A stretch of DNA of 64,000 bases from Octopus sinensis (taxonomy: Eukaryota): the NCBI RefSeq assembly GCF_006345805.1, contig NC_043008.1, positions 24,738,001 to 24,802,000 of the forward strand. The letters run 5' to 3'. Of this stretch, positions 1 to 11,818 are shown piece by piece. A program made the translations under genes and the position numbers. Position 1 is the stretch's first letter. Each line of letters begins with the position of its first letter. The notes beneath the pieces were generated by a model. That model did no database searches. It was not told where the DNA came from and saw only the letters and a list, made by a program, of their open reading frames with translations.

Positions 1-40
1 TGCAAGATTTCTTATGTGAAATCGCGTGTTGAAACAGATA

Positions 41-319
41 TTGTTGTATTTAGGAATGGCCATTTTGCCAGTTTAGCCAATAAAAACACACGCACTATAT
101 ATTTGGTGTTACTTTGCTTCAGTGTTATTTATTTTTTACATTAATCTTAATCCTTTTTCGGACAGAGTTCTTTCGTCACACTCCTGTGACCGCATCAGCG
201 GTCCTTTGCTTTCTTCTTTCTTATTTGTGTGTCTCTCCTTACTAACCGTCAGCCATTTTGTATTTCTATTGTATGTGTCTTCAAATGAAGACGCATGCGT
301 ATATCTCTATGTGCGTCTA
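41..319 (-). repeat. Inverted 5' pLTR of the PLE (partner of 4561-4835)
   Basis: ttgttgtatttaggaatggccattttgccagtttagccaataaaaacacacgc... matches the reverse complement of 4561-4835 with scattered substitutions. Confidence 0.9.
160..204 (-). ncRNA. Minimal type I hammerhead-like motif in the inverted pLTR (variant core)
   Basis: Minus strand: ggaccg CTGATGC g GTCAC aggagt GTGAC GAAA gaac TC tgtcc. Confidence 0.5.
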
Positions 320-1019
320 TATCTGTTTCAACACACGATTTCACATCAAAAATCTTGCAAAACAAATATATAAACGTAAAAATGTGAGCCATAGCCAGGA
401 TAGCAAGAAGCTGTAGGACACTGTATTCTGTTGCCTACGGAAAACCGTGACGACTCAACAGCTTCAGTTTATTAAACAATGTGTCTCCTCCAAAATATGC
501 ATTAACACAGTCACATCCAGCGTTGAACGGCTTGACCTCATCAAAGGCCAAGGGGAAAAGATAAAAAGAACGCTGATGGTGAATATTAAAAACAAGCGAG
601 CAAGAAAAACGCAAACGTATATTTTTAAGAGAAATTAAAAACATCACCAAACGAACAGAGAGAACCACACTTATGAATATAATATATGTAGAGAACAAAC
701 ATATTATACACCAGTGCAATAGACACTTTAAAAAGAAATTGCCGTGGTTTAAAACATAAACATCATTATAAACTCGCAAAAGAAGAGAAACAGAAGTAAC
801 TAAATAAAATAAACAGAATTATTATGGCAGATATCCCACTACCAGCAGAATTCAACAAGGACAATGAGGCAAACATCTATGGGGGAATAACAACGGTCCC
901 AGACGAAATATTGATACTTCAACTACCAAAATATGCGATATATAAGGTGAATACCATCCAATGCCTATCTGAGATTGAAAAGTCGTTCACAAAAATACGT
1001 TGGAATTTAAAGATGCACA

Positions 1020-1790
1020 ACGACAACAACACGAGTGACAACAACAACAATACGAACAAAAATAACAACACAGAAAACAACAACAATAACAACAACAACA
1101 ACACGAACAACAATAACCGCAGCAGCAACAACAGAAAAAATGAATGCATGAACACAAGCAACAGATACAAATACAAAAACATAAACAGAGAAAAAATCGT
1201 ACACTACAGCAACAACAACAAAACGGACACACAAACACACACACAGATAACCATAGTCACAAGGACACGAATAAAAATTGTGTCATGAGGGTCACGATGG
1301 AGATTGAAGTTGAATGCAACAGAATTCTTGGACAGGGAGTCAGTAGACTTGAAACAGAAAACACTACTCGTAAGAACAAAAATAACTACCACAACAGAGG
1401 GAATGGCAGGGACCAACAGACAGACATAAGAACCAACACTAATATGAACAACACATACACCAGAAACAGGAACAATGAGAATATCACTAGCGATAATCAG
1501 AATGATAGCAATAATGGCAGTGGTAGGAATAACAGTAATAGCAATAATGGTGGTAGTAGTAGTAGTGGTGGTGGTGGTAGTGTTGGTGGAAGTGGTGGTG
1601 GTAATAGTGGTGGTGGTAACAGTAGAAGTAGTAATGATGGTAGTAGTGATAGTTGTGGTGGTGATAGTAATAATAGTAGTAGTGGTGGTAATGATAGTGG
1701 TAATGGTGGCAGTAGTGGTGATAATAGTAGTGGTATTGATGATGGGAACAGTAACGACAGAAATAGTAGTAACAGTAATGAAGAAAATAA
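1020..1790. repeat. (AAC)n, CA-rich and (AGT/GGT)n microsatellite tracts inside the PLE N-terminal region
   Basis: Direct reading. These tracts produce the poly-N/G/S ORFs. Confidence 0.9.
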
Positions 1791-4334
1791 CCCTAGAAGG
1801 GCCATTAACATGTATACCCACCCCTTTGACACTCAACTCTTCAACAAATGTGACAAATCTTACAACACGAAGCGGATTTACCCGACAACATTTCCTTCAA
1901 CAAAAGGGTCTACATCCCAAGACATACTAATGATGATATGGAAGCACAGTTCACTATAGCTAGGACCAGACTTAGACAGATTTTAGAACTATACACTAAG
2001 AGACCGAGGCAGAATAAGACAGAGGCCCAACAACTCGGGATTAAACCCGCATTCAGCGCACGAGGAACGGAGAGGTGGTATGCCTTGCCACAGATAAGTC
2101 CGGCAGGATGTCAATAGACAGCTTACCGAACTACATTCCGGCAATGCAACCTCATATCGCCAATGGGAAAGTAACAACTTTACAGGCGCATGCGGAGAGA
2201 GAAAAGGTCCTCAAAGCCCACATGATGATTTGGCAATTGTTCTGGGACCCCAGAAACGCTCAGCTAACAATTTTCAAGCCTGGAACAACGATATCCCGGC
2301 CCTGTATGGAATTCGCAGAGACCATAAAGTAACCACTGACCCTGTAGCAAGACCACCAACAAGACCAGTCTGTGGAGCGAATATCGCTAGCAACTACAGA
2401 ATCTCGTACTTCCTCTCAATTATCATACGTCCTATAAGCCGGATGTCACCTGATGTTTGTGACAGCACGGAAGATCTCCTCAGCAGGATCAACGACTGCA
2501 ACAACATTTATGACTTGACAGGATGTATGGTGGGTACCCATCGATCGACGTGGATTTTGTGGTGGAGAAGTGCGTGGAGATGATCAACGAGAGCGAGGTG
2601 GATTTCCGCAATGTCAACACAGAGGAACTGGGACTCATACTTAGACTGACATATGACAACGAATACCTAGATAAACACGACCTTAGTAGTTTCTGCCCCA
2701 GTAGACGTTTAAGAGGTAGACCACCCAAAATTACTTCTATGGCTAGGAAGACCCATATAGAGAGATGGAGTGGATGAACCAGAGCCATACAGGTCCCCGC
2801 AAATGTCCATCAGGTACAGAAAATGATCGTACATGCACTAGGACCTAGTATAAGAGTTACCCTAAAAGGCCACACGTTTAAGTTTAACAATAAAATATAT
2901 GCCCAGGACGAGGGCGCAGCCATCGGCGTTAGTATCACCGGTGATGTGGCGAACCTTTTCATGGTATGGTGGGACAGAAGGCTTAAGGAACGCCTAACAC
3001 AGAACTCGTGAACATGTACTCTCGCTATGTTGATGATATCAACATAGTGGTAAAGGCACCCCCACAAGAGAGTACTGTTGAAATAGAAATAGAAACTAAT
3101 ACTATGGAGTGCATCCAGCAAATAGCTAACTCCATCCACCAGAATATTAAGGTCACATTAGACTACCCTACTAAACACCCTAACCATAGAATACCAGTAC
3201 CAGACACAGAACTCTGGCTAGAAACTGAGAATAATAAAACCCGACTCCTTCATTCGTACTCTGCCAAACCTATGGCCTCCAAATACTTGATCCACGGAAC
3301 TCAGCAATCGCGGACAATGTCAAATTCAATATTTATTTTGATGGCAGACCTCGTCAGAATAATGCGAAATGTGTCCCGCATGTGCGAGCCTACAAAGTTA
3401 AAGAGACATATACATTTCGATCACTGCATGCAGTTCTCAGGTTACAGCCATAAAGGAAGTATCAGAGTATACAAAGGAGCCATGAAGAAATTTGATACTA
3501 TCTTATGTAATGATAGGAATGGGATTTGCCCACTCTATAGGAGCAACTCATGGAACTATTGAAAGGACAAAGAAGAAATAGGGAAGGCCAACTCTTGGTA
3601 TGATAGACGCAAATACCAGAGTGTCATGTTCGTCGACACCACCCCTAGAGGTGAACTGGCGTACCGCTTTAGAAGGACCCTAGACAAACTTAAGCTAAGG
3701 ATTAAGGTTGTTGAAAAGCCAGGTAACCCTATCAAATCCATAATCGGTAGAACCTACCCTTTTAGTAGAACCCTCTGTACGGATAGGTACTGTACTGTGT
3801 GTAGATTTAGCCCACAAACAAACTGTAAAGCTAGAAATGTAGTCTATAGTATAGGATGTATAGAGGGACGATACAGTAACAAGACAACGACATACGTAGG
3901 GGGAACAGCACGGAGCATAGGAGAGCGGGTAAATGTACATTGCACAGAACTTAAGAAAAGAGCTCATCGGATCTGTACCAACACGCCGAGCAGAAACACG
4001 GGGGCTCAACCAACAACATAGAAGTTAAAATCTTGTCCACACATACAACAGACACAACGATCAGACAAATTACGGAAGCTACACATACAATGGAAGATAA
4101 ACCTAGCCTGAATAGGAAACTGGAATGGAACACTAGCACACACCACAACATATCACAGAAGAGGATCCCCATAAACTGGTTACAATATAAACAAAACTGA
4201 AAACATAATAAAATAAAATACACAGATAAATAAACAAATGGAAATAAATAACTACTTGCATTTTTTAATTTATATTTTTATATATTTTTTAGTTATTTAT
4301 TTTTTTTTTTAAATTATTTTTACTTTTATTATTA

Positions 4335-4394
4335 TTATTATTACTATTATTATTGTTATACATAATAATAATAATAATAATGATAATAATAATG

Positions 4395-4445
<51 letters not shown>
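4335..4445. repeat. (TAA)n microsatellite
   Basis: Direct reading. Confidence 0.95.
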
Positions 4446-4446
<1 letters not shown>

Positions 4447-4671
4447 GTGGGTGTAAACACATGAACAAAATAAGAATAAACAAAAACAAAGACAAATTAC
4501 ACGAACGTATATAAACAGGAGATACAAATATTACAGGCATTCCCCCACACTAACTAAACATAGACGCACATAAAGATATACGCATGCGTAAAGGAAGACA
4601 CATACAATATAAATACAAAATGGTTGACGGTTAGTAAGGAGAGTCACGCAAATAAGAAAGAAGAAAGCAAA

Positions 4672-4716
4672 GGACCACTGATGCGGTCACAGGAGTGTGA
4701 CGAAAGAACTCTGGCC
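4672..4716 (+). ncRNA. Minimal type I hammerhead-like motif in the 3' pLTR (variant core)
   Basis: ggacca CTGATGC g GTCAC aggagt GTGAC GAAA gaac TC tggcc. It has a 5-bp stem II, a 2-bp stem III and a CUC cleavage triplet. Confidence 0.55.
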
Positions 4717-4855
4717 GAAATAAGATTAAGATTAATGTAAAAAATAAATAACACTGAAGCAAAGTAACACCAAATATATAGTGCGTGTGTTTTTATTGGC
4801 TAAACTGGCAAAATGACCATTCCTAAATACAACAACAATTATTATCATTATTATT

Positions 4856-6580
4856 CCTTCGTAACACAATGTAGGTAAATATGCACCGGATTCTTTAGTC
4901 TTCTGTCAAGTCACAACAAGGACCCCAGAAAAATAATCCTTTCCTTAAGATGTGCCCTGCGCCCAGCAAGGCTGCTTTTTGCAAGACATCAAATTTGCAT
5001 GGGATTTCCAGTTGTCTTAAGAAGTTCTGAAGTTTCAATGGCATTAAGCCTAACGCTGCATATCTTTACTTGGTACAAGCTCATATAAGTTCTTTGTTAC
5101 TTCATATTGGTATTTATGGCATAAGAGCCAATGAAGATACACACACACATTTTATCGTGGCGGTGCTTCTATTCTTTTTGTGGAAGGCTCTGATATCCTC
5201 TTACCAAATGGGTCACATTTTTCACACTTTTCACAGAGTCAGAATTTCTGGGTGTCAGAAGTTTTATAGATGTTATACTTCACTGAATTGATAGCGAGAG
5301 CCTGATCTTTTGCAGCAATGATCAGGATTTCGTCGGTACACTTCAAATCACCTTGCTCACGAAGCTGTATCATCCTTAACGTCTTGTGTATTCATTCCAA
5401 ACAGTCCATGACATTCTACACTGAAGGTTTTCTTTTCAAGAAGGTTTTCTTTTCAAGCAGGTCATCTTTTCAAGAAGGTCTTCTTTTGTCTTCCCCTCAG
5501 CTCTCTGGTTAAACTCTTCCTTGCCTATTATTTCATTTGCATTTACACCTATATCTTTCGCGCACATTGCAGCAAGTATTTATCACTATTCATCAGATAC
5601 TCGACAAGCGTTCTCTTTTCACTTCTTATACAATGGTCTATACTAATTAGTCTTCTGCCTCCATTCTTTCTTTTCATATACAGTCTGTTTACGTTTGCTT
5701 TAGAGTATAGCGCCACATGCAGCGTCATCAACTTTCTCGTCCTTCTATCCAGTGTTGATATTTCCTCCTTAGTCCATTTCAGGATTGACGCACTATATCT
5801 GAAAACCGCAACTACCCAGATATCCATTGCGGTAATCAAAGTTTTGGCATTCAGGTTGGATTTCAACACAATCTTCCCCCTATTTTGATACGCCTCGTAG
5901 ACATTGACTTTTATTCCTCAGTGTAGAATGTCATCCAGCTCCAAAATCCCTAAATATGTATACCCACTACCGTCGGGTCATCCATGGCCTTTCCTGATGG
6001 TAACATTAATTGTCTGCAGGCTGCTTTCTTTCCACTTTTCATATTAAGTACTGAGCATTTGGTAATCCCAAATTCCATACCGATATCCCTACCACATTTC
6101 TTGACTGTTTTGGTTAAGTAATCTATTTGTTTTTCAGATTTCCCAAACAATTTCAGGTCATCCATAAACAGAAGATGGTTCAATGATGGGCCTTCCTCCC
6201 CATCTTAAATTTCCCAAGTATCCTTGTTATGGTTATTAGTGCAATTACAAAAAGTAACGGGGAAACGAGTCACGTTGGAAAATTCTCCTTTTAATATTAA
6301 CTTCTCCAAGGGATATATTACTTAAGTACAATTTGGTTTTCCACTCTTTCATGCTATGCATCTGAAAATTTGTGATGTTGTCAGCAACACCAAACATCTG
6401 CAGGCATTCAACGATGCAAGCATGCGGCATCATATCATATGCCTTCTTAAAGTCAGTACGATGCTTTTACAATGCCGCAAAACTGTTTTATTGATGACCA
6501 GATGATCCTTGGTAACATGAGAACACTTCGTCTATCTTTTTTGTTCCCTTGGTAGTATTTCCTCTGTTCCAAGAAAGTGT
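4856..6580 (-). mobile_element. Decayed R4/Dong-clade non-LTR retrotransposon (RT to 3' end)
   Basis: KAYDMMPH (6245-6433), NHLLFMDDLKLFGKSE (5950-6183), LYMKRKNGGRRLISI (5549-5869) and terminal QKAALLGAGHILRK near 4960-5000. Both ends abut ATT/TAA-type repeats. Confidence 0.9.
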
Positions 6581-6612
6581 ATTGTTGTTGTTGTTGTTAT
6601 TATTATTATTAC

Positions 6613-6676
<64 letters not shown>

Positions 6677-6679
<3 letters not shown>

Positions 6680-7164
6680 TAGTTTTATTTTTATAGCGTG
6701 CTTTCACTTCACTACCGAGCGCAGCTCTGTGTGCCTTGGGTATGTGCTGTGATTTGTTGTGATGCTCTGATGGTTATTGTATGGAAAGTGTTCTGCGTAG
6801 GATGTGTGCAGTGCCTAGTAGTGCAATTTTCTGTATGTTATATGTGTTTGTAAGTCCTGGTGTTTTTGTTATGTATTTGTCTGAATATCTTTTTATCATG
6901 CCTAATTCACCTACTATGATAGGAATTGTTTCTGTTTTCAGATTCCACATTCTAGTTACCTCTATTTCCAGGTCTTTGTATTTTGAAAGTTTCTCCATTT
7001 CTTTTAGAGAAACGTTGTCATCTGCCGGTATTGATACATCAATTAGAAAGCATTTTTTTTCTTCATGATCTCTGACAACTATATATGGTCTGTTGGCCTT
7101 AATTTCTCTATCTGTTTGTATCGGCATATCCCAGAGTATGGTTGCTTTCTCGTTTTCTGTGACC
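6677..7164 (-). mobile_element. 5'-truncated R4/Dong-clade fragment (restriction-like endonuclease + 3' UTR)
   Basis: ORF 6774-7127: QTDREIKANRPYIVV..LIDVSIPADDNV..EKLSKYKDL..QKIALLGTAHILRR. Flanked by (TTA)n on both sides. Confidence 0.9.
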
Positions 7165-7395
<231 letters not shown>

Positions 7396-7767
7396 ATTAT
7401 TTAAAGGATCCAAATGAATCGAGATAGTTTACTCATAAGGACTCCGAGTTAGGGCAAGAATAGAATTTCCGTGTATCAACTGTATATATGTATATATGGA
7501 CACTTACACATATGTTAATTGACATACTTACCCTACAAGAACGTGTCCTACAACTTACATACACATGCACATGAACAGATTAATATACAGATCGATCCAA
7601 ATATAAATGTATATACAAAATAAACATACAGCCGTAGTTCCGTATATAGTTTCACGGTCCGCTTTAAGTCCCAGATCCAATAGAGTGAAGGTTCCAGGTA
7701 TGGTGTAAAATAATAATACAAATGGGTTGAATAGCAACTCATTTGTGACCATACACACACATGGATA

Positions 7768-7822
<55 letters not shown>

Positions 7823-7830
7823 TATATATA

Positions 7831-8250
7831 TACCGGAGTAAACACATAAATGTGAGACAAGGTGGAAAAAAGAGTTCTCAAATACCAGTGGTAGAGTAAT
7901 ATGCTTTATTTAAAGCAGCAGAAAATTCAACAAAACATGTTACTCTGAGTTTCCCGTTGCCGTTCATCGGTCAGTTTTTGCTAGAATGGAACCGATATGT
8001 CAATTCTATCCATACTATTACAAACGCTACACCTTTCAAAAATGGACTTGTTTGATTGGCGCTTTAGAAATAACGGTCAATTTTCGAGCGATAAACAGAG
8101 ATGACCTCAAAAATACATATATATATATGTATATATATATAAAAATTATAAAAATTATAAAATTCGAGGAAAAACCTTACATTGAATAAAATACATATTG
8201 ACCTTAATGAAGGAAATATAATTAATAGATGGAAATTGAAATGCATTAAA
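7831..8250 (-). mobile_element. PLE pLTR-like repeat next to (TA)n, with degenerate hammerhead
   Basis: Minus strand 7935-7975: actgac CGATGA acg gcaa cgg GAAA ctcagag TA acatg (U4 to C change). Begins directly at the (TA)n tract. Confidence 0.5.
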
Positions 8251-8829
8251 AATATGCATTAAAAATATAACACAGCAATATATTCATATTAAAGTATACA
8301 TATATATCAACATACATAGAATAGATGCGTGCGAACCACATACATATACAGACGTATAAATATAAAGCTAAAATATACACACAAATGCATGTATACATAT
8401 GTATACGCAATCTAGTTCGCACGCAAGCTAAAATCATGGATGGTTAAGTATCGTTCGTATTTACGAAGCAAAGCTTAAGACATGAGTAAGTGAGGGGGGC
8501 GTAAAGTTGCATGACTCTATACATGTATCGTATAGTTAGAGAAAAAACGGAAGAAAGGAAGAGAGAGAAAAAAGAAAAAGGGGAAGGAAAAAAAGAAAAA
8601 AGGGGGGAAACGAAATAAGAAAAATTATGTATACAAGCTGTGTAACCTCGTATATTGACACATATATAGAGATACAAGTACACAAACACACAAGTTCAAG
8701 TGGATACATACACATAGAGACGTGTATGTGTGTGCTTAAGCATAAACATACGCTCACTTACACATACACAGAGACATATGCTTACAAATACATATTCGTA
8801 GCTATACACATATTTACATCAAAATTCTA

Positions 8830-9435
8830 ATTTTTGACAACATTGCTTTTTAAAAAATGGTGAGTGTAATAATAAAAATTATACGAAAGACATGTAAAAT
8901 ATAACACCCTATTTCGGATCATCTATAAATTAAAAATCAAAGTAAGCCTATACAATATAATAACATGAAATAAACTAAGCAGAAGGTTTTTCCTAAGAAA
9001 TATGTAGAAATATAAACAAAATATATGCATGAGACTTTACTATACGGAATGGAATCTGCATAGCGCGAAACAATTCCTTCGTTGCGTTTACATACTAGTC
9101 CAAGAATCAAAATCAAAATTTCAAAATCAAAAATACAAAAAGACAAAATATATACTCTATCCGTATGGTATATTTATGTTTGACATTTTAAATTTGGCAG
9201 CGTGCCTGCATAAGTTCATCAGCTCACTTCTTTGATTCAAAGAATTATTGTCTTTGAATGAAATATAGAGTTTTTCTAACAGGCAAAGATTGCATTTGAA
9301 GTTATTTTTGTGTGCTCCATGCCTGTATGGTGCCGCTAAGTCCCAGATCCAATAGAGGGAAGGTTCTAGGTATGGTGTAAAATAATAATACAAATGGGTT
9401 GAATAGCAACTCATTTGTGACCATACACACACACA
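8830..9435 (-). mobile_element. 3' fragment of a second PLE (GIY-YIG C-terminus, possibly Naiad-type)
   Basis: 9157-9335 translates to AAPYRHG..KCNLCLLEKLYI..LNQRSELMNLCRH..KF. 9337-9435 is repeated at 7664-7763, and both copies adjoin (TA)n. Confidence 0.6.
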
Positions 9436-9439
9436 TAGA

Positions 9440-9450
9440 TATACATATAT

Positions 9451-9509
<59 letters not shown>

Positions 9510-9737
9510 GTATATATATGTATATATATATGTATATATATGTATGTGTACATGTATGTATGTATATGTATGTATATATCTATCTATCTATCTATCTCTC
9601 TATCTCTCTCTATATATATATATATGTATATATATGTATATATATATATGCATATGTATTTTATGCATGTATGTATATGTATGTATGTAAGTGCGTATGT
9701 ATGTATGTATCTACCTATCTATCTACCTACCTATCTA

Positions 9738-9817
<80 letters not shown>

Positions 9818-9820
9818 GAC
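9440..9820. repeat. Compound (TA)n/(TATG)n/(TATC)n/(TC)n microsatellite
   Basis: Direct reading. Confidence 0.95.
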
Positions 9821-10224
9821 TAATTTAAAATTATATGTCATTTATATATTGAGTGTTGTTTTCAACAAAGCTTTAGTGTAAGCAGTTCTGTTATCTTCTT
9901 AATGATATAGAAAACGAATATCATTTTCCAGTAGCAATTTTCAGATTGTTTTGTTGTATTCATCTTAAAGTTAAGTAACAGAGTCACTTCCATACTTTGC
10001 CTAATCTTATTTTCTAAAGTTTAGATTTGCAAGTTAATATAATTGATAGTAAGAGTATTGTACTTTATTTAACTATTCAACATTCTATTGAATGCAACCA
10101 TGTTGCACTGAATTCAATCAGGGAAGGAGGAGTAATGTGGAACTGAAAGGAAGTTCTACTTTTTGTCTCTCCTTCAAGCATCAATGATATGGGGGATTGG
10201 CTTTAGAGGTCAGGATAGTTTGAG

Positions 10225-10612
10225 TGTGTGTGTCTTTGTGTGTGTGTGTATATACATATGTGGTGTGAATAGATGTGTCTGTGTGTTTGTAAAATCTGGT
10301 AGGATGGTGTGTGTATATGTGTGCCCGTTTGTCAACCGTGTGTGTGTGTACGTATGTATGTGTATGATTGGCATCTGGCATGGTGCTGCGTGTGTATATG
10401 TGTGTCTGTATTGAGGTCAGAATGGTGTGAATGTGTGTGTCTTTGTGTGTGTGTATATATTTATGTATACATGTGTTTGTGTGTGGGCTGTTTTTTAATG
10501 GTCCCAGGGTCTATTGTGGTATAAATAGATGTGTGTTTTTTTAGAAATTTGGTAGGATAGTGTGTGTATATGTGTGCCCGTTTGTCAATCGTGTGTGTGA
10601 TTGTTTTGGTGT

Positions 10613-10645
<33 letters not shown>

Positions 10646-10840
10646 GTGTGGTTATTTGGCATGGTGCTGGTGCTGCGTGTGTATATGTGTGTCTGTATGG
10701 AGATCAGAATGATGTGAGTGTGTGTGCCTTTGTGTGTGTGTATATATATGTGTATACATGTGTTTGTGTGTGTGTGTGTGGGCTGTTTTCTATTGGTCCC
10801 AGGGCCCATTGTTGTGTTAATAGAAATTTGGTAGGATTTA
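10225..10840. repeat. TG-rich minisatellite, about 250-280 bp unit, just over 2 copies
   Basis: tggtaggat recurs near 10297, 10550 and 10830. gtgtgcccgtttgtcaa, ggcatggtgctg and ggtcccaggg each occur twice. Confidence 0.8.
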
Positions 10841-11145
10841 ATAATTCCTTCTGGAAACTATCTTTAACATGTTCTTGAGAATGATTATTTATGCTGTAAT
10901 CTTTTGTGCCCAATATTTTAAGGAACTTGTTAAATTTTTTTTATGTCCTTAACATGTCCTTGTTACCAAAGACTGTATATATATGTAATGTAGCATTTTG
11001 TAACAACCAATAATTAACGCAACCAAACTTCTACATGTTACTTTTGACAATCTTTTTCCAAAGAGTGAAACCGGTAAAGTAAATAAACATCTTTTAAAAC
11101 TGCATTTTCAAACCTTCTTTCGTATATATATATATATAACAGGAA

Positions 11146-11218
11146 TCTTACTGATGAGCCAGCCTGAGTAAATAAATACTATTTTTATTACTGAATTTGG
11201 CGAAACTGCAGTATAAGA
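11146..11218 (+). ncRNA. Type I hammerhead ribozyme, canonical core, palindromic stem III
   Basis: tctta CTGATGA GCCA (loop) TGGC GAAA CTGCAG TA taaga. Stem I is tctta/taaga, stem II is GCCA/TGGC, and the site is GUA. Confidence 0.85.
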
Positions 11219-11546
11219 AAAGTTAAGTTTGTAAAAGTTTTTAAATCTCATCTCACGAAATTTATCCAGCTATTGTGTATCTAGTACACTCTTCGCCTTG
11301 AATGTAATGATATATGTATAATATATGGCGTGTACTGGTACACCGGCGATTATAATTAATTTTATTGTATCGCATTATCTTTGTTACATATTCTCTCGAT
11401 AAATTTCTGACCGTTAGACGATATACCACAATCCCCTATTTTGTCGGGTTTTTCGGAGTCTGCGCAGTGTTTTGAATAGTTTAGAAAGAGCATTTCGATA
11501 GAAGCACATGGATCTATTGGTATGGTCTTTCCATCATTAACAGGAA

Positions 11547-11619
11547 TCTTACTGATGAGCCAGCCTGAGTAAATAAATACTATTTTTATTACTGAATTTG
11601 GCGAAACTGCAGTATAAGA
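11547..11619 (+). ncRNA. Type I hammerhead ribozyme, second identical copy
   Basis: Same sequence as 11146-11218. Confidence 0.85.
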
Positions 11620-11786
11620 AAAGTTAAGTTTGTAAAAGTTTTTAAATCTCATCTCACGAAATTTATCCAGCTATTGGTATCTAGTACACTCTTCGCCTTG
11701 AATGTAATGATATATGTATAATATATGGCGTGTACTGGTACACCGGCGATTATAATTAATTTTATTGTATCGCATTTATCTTTGTT

Positions 11787-11818
<32 letters not shown>

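Larger units (their letters stand above)
41..4835 (+). mobile_element. Penelope-like retroelement (probably Neptune clade), frameshifted, with inverted terminal pLTRs
   Basis: PLE RT motifs in successive frames: TDKSG (2075-2332), DHK..RPVCGAN (2230-2583), YPSID (2523-2777), YAQDEGAAIGVSITGDVANLFM (2823-3011), YSRYVDDINIV (3008-3562). A Cys-rich linker and GIY-YIG (CTDRYCTVC..NVVYSIGC..YVGGTAR) lie at 3626-4021. 41-319 is the reverse complement of 4561-4835. Confidence 0.9.
11138..11787 (+). mobile_element. Non-coding HHR-bearing mini-element: about 245-bp direct repeats at 401-bp period, in (TA)n (retrozyme/PLE pLTR-like)
   Basis: 11138-11385 is nearly identical to 11539-11787 (two 1-nt indels seen). 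A roughly 153-bp spacer lies between them, with (TA)n on both flanks. Confidence 0.75.

Noticed and set aside
919-1959. Long poly-L/V/T/C/N ORFs here and at 7065-7427, 9399-9881, 29943-30461, 33210-33774, 34121-34426 and 58743-59128
   Set aside because: They are translations of microsatellites, not genes.
11362-11652. 96-aa minus-strand ORF across the HHR element
   Set aside because: No recognisable motif. It is antisense to the ribozymes and overlaps a repeat.
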